In this document: piece by piece, positions 63,902-64,000 of the stretch
Layout: each line of letters starts with the position of its first letter
Position numbering within the stretch: position 1 is the first letter of the stretch
Source: Anaeramoeba ignava BMAN
Lineage: Eukaryota > Protista > Anaeramoebae
Length of the DNA stretch: 64,000 nt
NCBI GenBank assembly: GCA_028826165.1
Contig: JAPDFW010000124.1
Coordinates: 1-64,000, forward strand
Direction of reading: 5' to 3'
Position numbers and translations under genes: made by a program
The notes under the pieces: model-generated
Database searches by the model: none
Told to the model about the DNA's origin: nothing
Seen by the model: only the letters and a program-made list of their open reading frames with translations

Positions 63902-64000
63902 CTAAAAAAACAATTTTAATTTTAATTTTAATTTTAATTTTAATTTTAATTTTAATTTTAATTTTAATTTTAATTTTAATTTTAATTTTAATTTTAATTT

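Noticed and set aside
14280-63990. Strand-specific orientation of intronic (AAAATT)n as a splicing signal
   Set aside because: It is AAAATT on the sense strand in the RhoGEF, LRR, Arf and importin introns but AATTTT in the CK2 beta and copine introns, so there is no consistent polarity.
63905-64000. (TTTTAA)n at the window end as a telomere
   Set aside because: It lies in an intron upstream of an AG acceptor (63903-63902), and the same hexamer fills many internal introns.
1-64000. Inteins, transposases, reverse transcriptases, tRNA/rRNA genes, U12-type introns
   Set aside because: I recognised no Hint/LAGLIDADG, DDE or RT motifs, no GC-rich structured RNA, and no RTATCCT donor by eye. HMM/Infernal searches would be needed to exclude divergent cases.

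Overview
This is an extremely AT-rich, gene-dense eukaryotic (protist) window. It uses the standard genetic code and has GT-AG spliceosomal introns, many of them filled with simple-sequence satellites. Frequent homopolymer frameshifts look like long-read assembly errors. The overall style (BTB-gene expansions, ENQN/ENEN low-complexity runs, (AAAATT)n) resembles the anaerobic amoeba Anaeramoeba, but that is an inference. Genes in order: 3' part of a HUWE1/Tom1-like HECT ligase; a giant ankyrin-BTB-BTB gene; an IQ-DH-PH RhoGEF; an LRR protein; Nop9; a coiled-coil protein; cytidine deaminase; a protein with five putative PH-like domains; Ras; a SWEET-like transporter; CK2 beta; a truncated and a full RCC1-BTB-BTB gene; a second ankyrin-BTB-BTB gene; a copine; an Arf GTPase; a ~4000-aa RNF213/mysterin-like gene; and the 3' end of an importin-alpha-like gene. 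Several genes missing from the ORF track were rebuilt by hand across introns. There are three main observations. (1) The RNF213-like protein appears to lack every catalytic centre (AAA3, AAA4, RING, and RZ-finger Cys->Ser) while keeping its scaffold, so it is a candidate pseudo-ligase or decoy. (2) The ankyrin-BTB genes are built from ~65 and ~31 nearly identical repeats that vary mainly at binding-surface positions and show block shuffling, suggesting a diversifying receptor repertoire for Cullin-3. (3) Donor splice sites almost never carry +5G, and AAG acceptors are frequent.
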